The notes beneath the pieces were generated by a model. The model was not told where the DNA came from and searched no databases. It worked only from the letters and a program-made list of their open reading frames with translations. The position numbers and the translations under genes were made by a program. Shown in pieces: positions 59,467-64,000 of a stretch of 64,000 bases of DNA (positions are counted from its first letter, which is position 1; the number at the start of each line of letters is the position of its first letter). The stretch lies in the IMG/VR virus record IMGVR_UViG_3300031993_000016; one strand, 5' to 3'. This DNA comes from a virus (taxonomy: Duplodnaviria > Caudoviricetes).

Positions 59467-59761
59467 TACTAATCACCTCATTTACTTTATTTAACTTCAC
59501 ATAAGTTGTATCATCGCTGTTAATTAGTTTTTGGAAGTTTATAACAGCTTTATCTAGATCTTCATCTTCAACTTGTATATCATGAGCATATAGAAGGAAT
59601 TTATCTAATGCTTGTGATATTTCTGGAAGATCTTGACAAGTACGATAACACGCAATCTCCAGATCTGCTAAAGCTTCAACTGCAGGAAAATCCCACAGAT
59701 ACTTGCGAACTTCCTTATATAATTTATTATAAGAATTTTGTATATCTGCGTAACTAATCAT
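59441..59761 (-). CDS. Hypothetical protein
   Basis: ORF track. Confidence 0.65.
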   Translation of the reverse strand: MISYADIQNSYNKLYKEVRKYLWDFPAVEALADLEIACYRTCQDLPEISQALDKFLLYAHDIQVEDEDLDKAVINFQKLINSDDTTYVKLNKVNEVISSEDIKEEY

Positions 59762-59920
59762 ATCTGCAAATTCCTCAATTCATTAGATGTAAGTTTATCT
59801 ATATCAAGAGATGAAAGAAAATTGTTTCTGAGAAGAAAACTCACCTCGTTGTCAATATTAGTATCCTGTATCTGCATAACATATTCAGTAAAGTATTGTT
59901 CAAATGTTATAGAAGGTAAA

Positions 59921-60259
59921 TTAATTATTGTCTGCTTCATCGTTTCTAGCATCGAACACCTCTGAAATCTTACGAACAAGTCGACGTAGATTAAATGGTA
60001 TATCTTCAGGTGACTTTGTATGTTTCATATTAACATCATAGAACCATTGTAATGCGTCTATACTCTCAACAAGTTGATCCAAGGTAGGTATCTGAATAGT
60101 TTCTCCACCAGCATATTTACATAACAATATGAGTTTTTCATGTCCGATGATAGAGAATAATTCAGGTAACCAACTGAATTCCGCTATGTTATGTAGCGGA
60201 GGCATGAGTTCTAGTAAGCAAGCAAAATCTAATTCCTCTGTAGTAGGAAGTTTACTCAT
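59921..60259 (-). CDS. Mor-like transcription regulator
   Basis: IIGHEKLILLCKYAGGETIQIP resembles the Mor dimerisation motif IG......L...GG...YIP. Confidence 0.55.
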   Translation of the reverse strand: MSKLPTTEELDFACLLELMPPLHNIAEFSWLPELFSIIGHEKLILLCKYAGGETIQIPTLDQLVESIDALQWFYDVNMKHTKSPEDIPFNLRRLVRKISEVFDARNDEADNN

Positions 60260-61019
60260 TTATATGACCTTTCAAAGGCTGTGTTTGTTTAAACACAGGT
60301 GAAATTGTAAATACAATTGCATTTTCTGTTCTAGCTAATCTATTGAAATCTAAATTGCCGTATCCTGCAGCATTAAGGAGTGCAATTGCAGGTTCCATAA
60401 CATTGTTAAGATTTATGTTATCGTTATAATGAATCCAAATCTCAGAATCTTTAATAATAGCTCTACATACACCTTTTGTATCATCTCTAGCATTAAGCGC
60501 ACCAATAATGGAATCTACGGATAAAGATGTGTTAATTGCAGGAATTACTACAATTGAATCGGAAGCAGTTACAGGAGTAGCTGATATATCCAATCGTACA
60601 CTTTCTTCAACATCTTTCGATTCTGATTCAGGTGCTGATTCAGGTGCTGATTGAACTTCAAATGTTTTCTTTTCTGGATTAAGCGCTTCATCACGTTCTT
60701 TATCGACTTCTGCAGCAGCTTCGCTCAAATGATGATCAGGTGCCGATTTAGGCGGTGCAGGTTTACTAGAAGTTGTACTAGGACGAATAACTTCTTTTTC
60801 AGACTCCTCAGCGTCTTCAGCAAGTGCAGATTCATCTGATATAGTATCTTCAACCTCATCAACTTGTTCTTGTAAAGTATCTAAATCATTTTCATTGAGA
60901 TACTCTTTAAGCTGTGTAACAAGTTCTGTATTGATAGGATTAGCTAATGCAGCTTTTATCTTATCTTTATGCTTACTTGCTCTATAAAGTTTAGATGCAA
61001 ATATTGCATTCATGCTCAT
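60252..61019 (-). CDS. Protein with acidic low-complexity linker
   Basis: E/S/P-rich centre with SAPESAPES. Confidence 0.7.
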   Translation of the reverse strand: MSMNAIFASKLYRASKHKDKIKAALANPINTELVTQLKEYLNENDLDTLQEQVDEVEDTISDESALAEDAEESEKEVIRPSTTSSKPAPPKSAPDHHLSEAAAEVDKERDEALNPEKKTFEVQSAPESAPESESKDVEESVRLDISATPVTASDSIVVIPAINTSLSVDSIIGALNARDDTKGVCRAIIKDSEIWIHYNDNINLNNVMEPAIALLNAAGYGNLDFNRLARTENAIVFTISPVFKQTQPLKGHINE

Positions 61020-61042
61020 AATCTATTACTCCTTCTATACTA

Positions 61043-62116
61043 CTAATAATCCCAACCAGGTCTAGAAAAATCTTCTTTGTACATTTCAAACTGATTTCTC
61101 AGATCCTTCAATGAGTCAGCTTCAAACGTTACTGCATTGTTGTATCGATCTGTGCGAGGGTCATCCGGTAATGGAACCATGTTAATTTCATATCGTGGCC
61201 AATAGTTATATGACTCTTGACTCATCACAGAACCACGATCATGTGCATATGTAATAAGTGGACGAGCCCACTCCGGACATTGAATCAACAGCTTTTTATC
61301 TCCATAGAATCCAGAACGTGCTTCTGCAGCTTCAGCTTTTGCCGATTTAGTTATATCATCCTTAATATTATATAACCAATCATAAGCTTTCTGTTTACAC
61401 TTCTTTGTAAGTGATTGAGTATTCTCCTCTTCAGAAAGCCTTGGATTCATTTTCAGGATTATAAAGTTACCATAAGTTCGATTACTCCAATATTTACTAC
61501 TTCTAGGAACATCACCAAGTTTGCAGGTCATATATATTTTATAAGTGTGAATATTACCGCCGTATCTAGCTATAGATTCACATTCAACATCCATACAGTC
61601 AAGCTGCTTAGGTTTAAGTATATTCATAACATATGTATATACACTGTTTGCAACATCAGCAGCAACTGCTTTCCAATCAGCTTCGTAAACTTCAGATCGT
61701 CCTGTAGATACAGTTGCATAATTCTTGACATAATATTCAAGCGAATTCCAGCTATCATATATGTCGCCATTTACAACAGCAATCATATGAGTTGTGTCTC
61801 TGTTATTAGGATTCTTACCTGCTAGTAACAAGTATACACCATTTGGATGAGTCTCTCCAAATTCCTCTACCGTTACATAATTATTAGGATGAACTGAATT
61901 GAAGGCATCACCACGTAGTTTCATAAATAAATTAAATACACGCGGTTCGTTAAACTCGTCACAACCTAAGTTTCGTTTGATTCGATTCAATTCTGTGCTT
62001 ACTGCATCGTAGTCCATACTGTATGCAACAGATAAACTTCGCTTTACACAATCACCTACATGATTATTACGAGAATTTGCATTATATCTAATTAAAGCCG
62101 CTTTTATATCATCCAT
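61043..62116 (-). CDS. Protein with putative papain-like Cys-His-Asp N-terminal domain
   Basis: YNAN...VGDCVKRSLS...THMIAVVNGDIYDSW. Confidence 0.45.
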   Translation of the reverse strand: MDDIKAALIRYNANSRNNHVGDCVKRSLSVAYSMDYDAVSTELNRIKRNLGCDEFNEPRVFNLFMKLRGDAFNSVHPNNYVTVEEFGETHPNGVYLLLAGKNPNNRDTTHMIAVVNGDIYDSWNSLEYYVKNYATVSTGRSEVYEADWKAVAADVANSVYTYVMNILKPKQLDCMDVECESIARYGGNIHTYKIYMTCKLGDVPRSSKYWSNRTYGNFIILKMNPRLSEEENTQSLTKKCKQKAYDWLYNIKDDITKSAKAEAAEARSGFYGDKKLLIQCPEWARPLITYAHDRGSVMSQESYNYWPRYEINMVPLPDDPRTDRYNNAVTFEADSLKDLRNQFEMYKEDFSRPGWDY

Positions 62117-62787
62117 CGCAATTACACTCCCGATTATACTTATCCATGTAGTTGTAAGGTTGTTCCGGTTTGTTGTTTTGAATCACATATGAAATATATA
62201 ATGTGCATGTATCATCTGCGTGACGACTCATGAAAAGAAGTCGATACATATGATAACCAGTATCTAGATTGAGCTTATCTGTGCGAAATTTATACCATTT
62301 ACGGAATGGGTCGTGCTCCCATAAATCTTCATCACTGATAGCTACTACTTCATCACTGACCTCACTTACTTGACAGAGTTCAAATCTCTTAGCAACGTCT
62401 ACAGGTACTTCTACAAATAGAAAATATTCTACTTCAGAAATACTAAATACTCTGCTAAAAGAACTTGCATGCTTATAAGGTACGGCATCAAGTTTAAATA
62501 CTGGGGCAGGAAATTTTCTAAAATCCTCCAATAGTCCAAGAGAAATCGGGATCAGCTGCACGAGTGTTACGCGTTACTGTGTAACCCTGACCCTTAAGGA
62601 CAACTTGTATAGCATCGCTTAGAGATTTACTCCAAGTAATTGAGTGCTGACCTGTATTTGCAGCACTGTTGATCGCAGCCGCTACGGCTTGTTCTTCTAA
62701 TATCTTAACAGCTTCGTCTGCTACAGCTTTAACATCAGTAGCAGGCTTAAGGTCTGTTAATTCATCAATAGGAATTAATGTTGCCAC
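62109..62787 (-). other. Two hypothetical genes (62109..62561, start uncertain; 62518..62787)
   Basis: ORF track; behind the AACCTT motif at 62875. Confidence 0.6.
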
Positions 62788-62918
62788 AGATATGACCTCC
62801 TATTCAGTATTTTTTGTGTATTCATCCAAGAAACTGAAGTTTCTTGGTTTTCTACCTGCCTTCCATATAAATAAAAGGTTGACCTCAATGATCAACCTTT
62901 CATAGTAAATTTGTGTAA

Positions 62919-63401
62919 TTAATTGACGCTACGAAGCTTATTTGTAGTGTTGTGGTAGTTCTGTTTACGCTTCTCTTGTGTCTGTAAAATTTCTAAACTT
63001 GCTTTAGAATGTCCATTGCCTGTAAGTATCGCGTTCTGGATTTCGCCTAAAGTAAATTGGTTTGATTTTTCTTGAGCAAGTATCTCACGAAGCGATTTGT
63101 CGATAGATGCAAGTAATGTCAAAATATTCTCATAATTGAGATTGTCTACCTGCTTAATGATTGCAGCTTTTTCAGCTTCTTCGGTTATGACATAATCTAT
63201 TTTATCTAAGTCGTAAAATGTGCATAGCTTATCTAGTACGTTTTCTTCCATGCTATTCTTACATATACATTGTGCATAGTATGATTTAGCACGACCCATG
63301 ATGATTGTACTTATATTACTTTGATTATATCTATTGCCTTCAGCTTTCCTGATGTCTGTATCTAAAGCTTCGCCATTGATCTTAATATTTGGTTTTCTCA
63401 T
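62919..63401 (-). CDS. XRE-like HTH protein
   Basis: QSNISTIIMGRAKSYY...LDKLCTFYDL. Confidence 0.45.
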   Translation of the reverse strand: MRKPNIKINGEALDTDIRKAEGNRYNQSNISTIIMGRAKSYYAQCICKNSMEENVLDKLCTFYDLDKIDYVITEEAEKAAIIKQVDNLNYENILTLLASIDKSLREILAQEKSNQFTLGEIQNAILTGNGHSKASLEILQTQEKRKQNYHNTTNKLRSVN

Positions 63402-63443
63402 ATTATATCCTCCGCACCGAACATTACTAAATTGTTTGTGGTG

Positions 63444-63662
63444 TTATGCATTTGGTGTTAATTGTCTGAACCACTTTTCTGTCTTGCATACAACACCTGT
63501 GTCATCCATCAATACACATACAGCAATTTTGCACTTATCATTAGCTACTGCGCTGGCCATAGTGGAATACATTGCAGAAGTAGCTTCTTCAGTTGTATGA
63601 TATGCAAGTAACTGACGTGCTACAGTGTCATCTACAAGTGTCATGAGTGATATTAGATTCAT
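63444..63662 (-). CDS. Small hypothetical protein
   Basis: ORF with RBS and CACCTT motif upstream. Confidence 0.6.
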   Translation of the reverse strand: MNLISLMTLVDDTVARQLLAYHTTEEATSAMYSTMASAVANDKCKIAVCVLMDDTGVVCKTEKWFRQLTPNA

Positions 63663-64000
63663 ATTATGTGCCCTCCTAAATATATTTAGATTCTGTAAAT
63701 ATATAAGGTGTTCAATCCTCTATTACATATACTTCAGCAGTCTGCCTACCAAATTGGTAGCAAGCCTCGACATCACCCATGTAGATATCTATGACGTTAT
63801 TGCTCATTCCTCCTGTGTCTGTTACAACTCTTTCACCTAAGCCTTCAATGTAAAGCCTAGTACCAATAGGATAGTAGTTACTAGCACATGTATAGCCTAC
63901 TACAGGATATTCGCCATTAGCACATGTATTACCTGTCCATTCATAAGCGGTAAGTTCAAATACACCGCCAGCTAATGTTTGTGCATAATCACCAATAGCA

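Larger units (their letters stand above)
1971..63710 (-). promoter_or_regulatory. Dispersed motif A, (A/C)ACCTT-NW-ATAW: candidate late promoter, ~17 copies
   Basis: Plus-strand AAGG at 1978, 12359, 14818, 26294, 30067, 30369, 32472, 32736, 38981, 43631, 45109, 48876, 51444, 55128, 62875, 63705; one forward copy at 43612 before a plus-strand gene. Confidence 0.75.

Noticed and set aside
60623-60652. 12-bp tandem repeat (SAPESAPES)
   Set aside because: In-frame low-complexity linker expansion
1-64000. Stop-codon reassignment
   Set aside because: Conserved genes are full length in code 11 and end in TAA, TAG or TGA; no suppressor tRNA seen

Overview
A 64-kb, AT-rich segment of a large contractile-tailed (myovirus-like) phage genome, almost entirely coded on the minus strand. 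Strong GGAGG ribosome-binding sites, a SpoIIID-like gene, RecU and the holin type suggest a Bacillota (probably Clostridia) host; this is inference. In transcription order (right to left) the window holds: a packaging module (terminase large subunit, a LigA-like gene lacking the catalytic lysine, a T4 gp20-like portal, neck proteins); the tail sheath; about 10 kb of inserted genes; and a T4 gp19-like tail-tube gene split by two ORF-less group I introns. Next come many small accessory genes, RecU, a holin, an HD hydrolase, a UvrD helicase, an SbcC/Rad50 ATPase, an S1 protein, a tRNA/ncRNA cluster, an intact IscB plus omegaRNA element, tail/fibre genes with an inserted NUMOD4-HNH gene, and a mosaic array of short genes. 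The most unusual observations are: (1) about 19 otherwise unrelated, mostly acidic proteins share an N-terminal leader, MK(R/K)(Y/F)I(K/T)(S/A)(S/T/A), and mostly lie behind the same promoter motif as the virion genes, a candidate capsid-targeting/cargo-loading system; (2) two strand-specific intergenic promoter-like motifs, some placed inside hairpins; (3) a family of Zn-finger/Vsr-like nuclease genes whose C-terminus is either a Mom-like GNAT or an amino-methyltransferase domain; (4) an aberrant tRNA-like RNA and orphan IS200/IS605-type RNA ends. All calls come from reading motifs by eye; no searches or folding programs were run.
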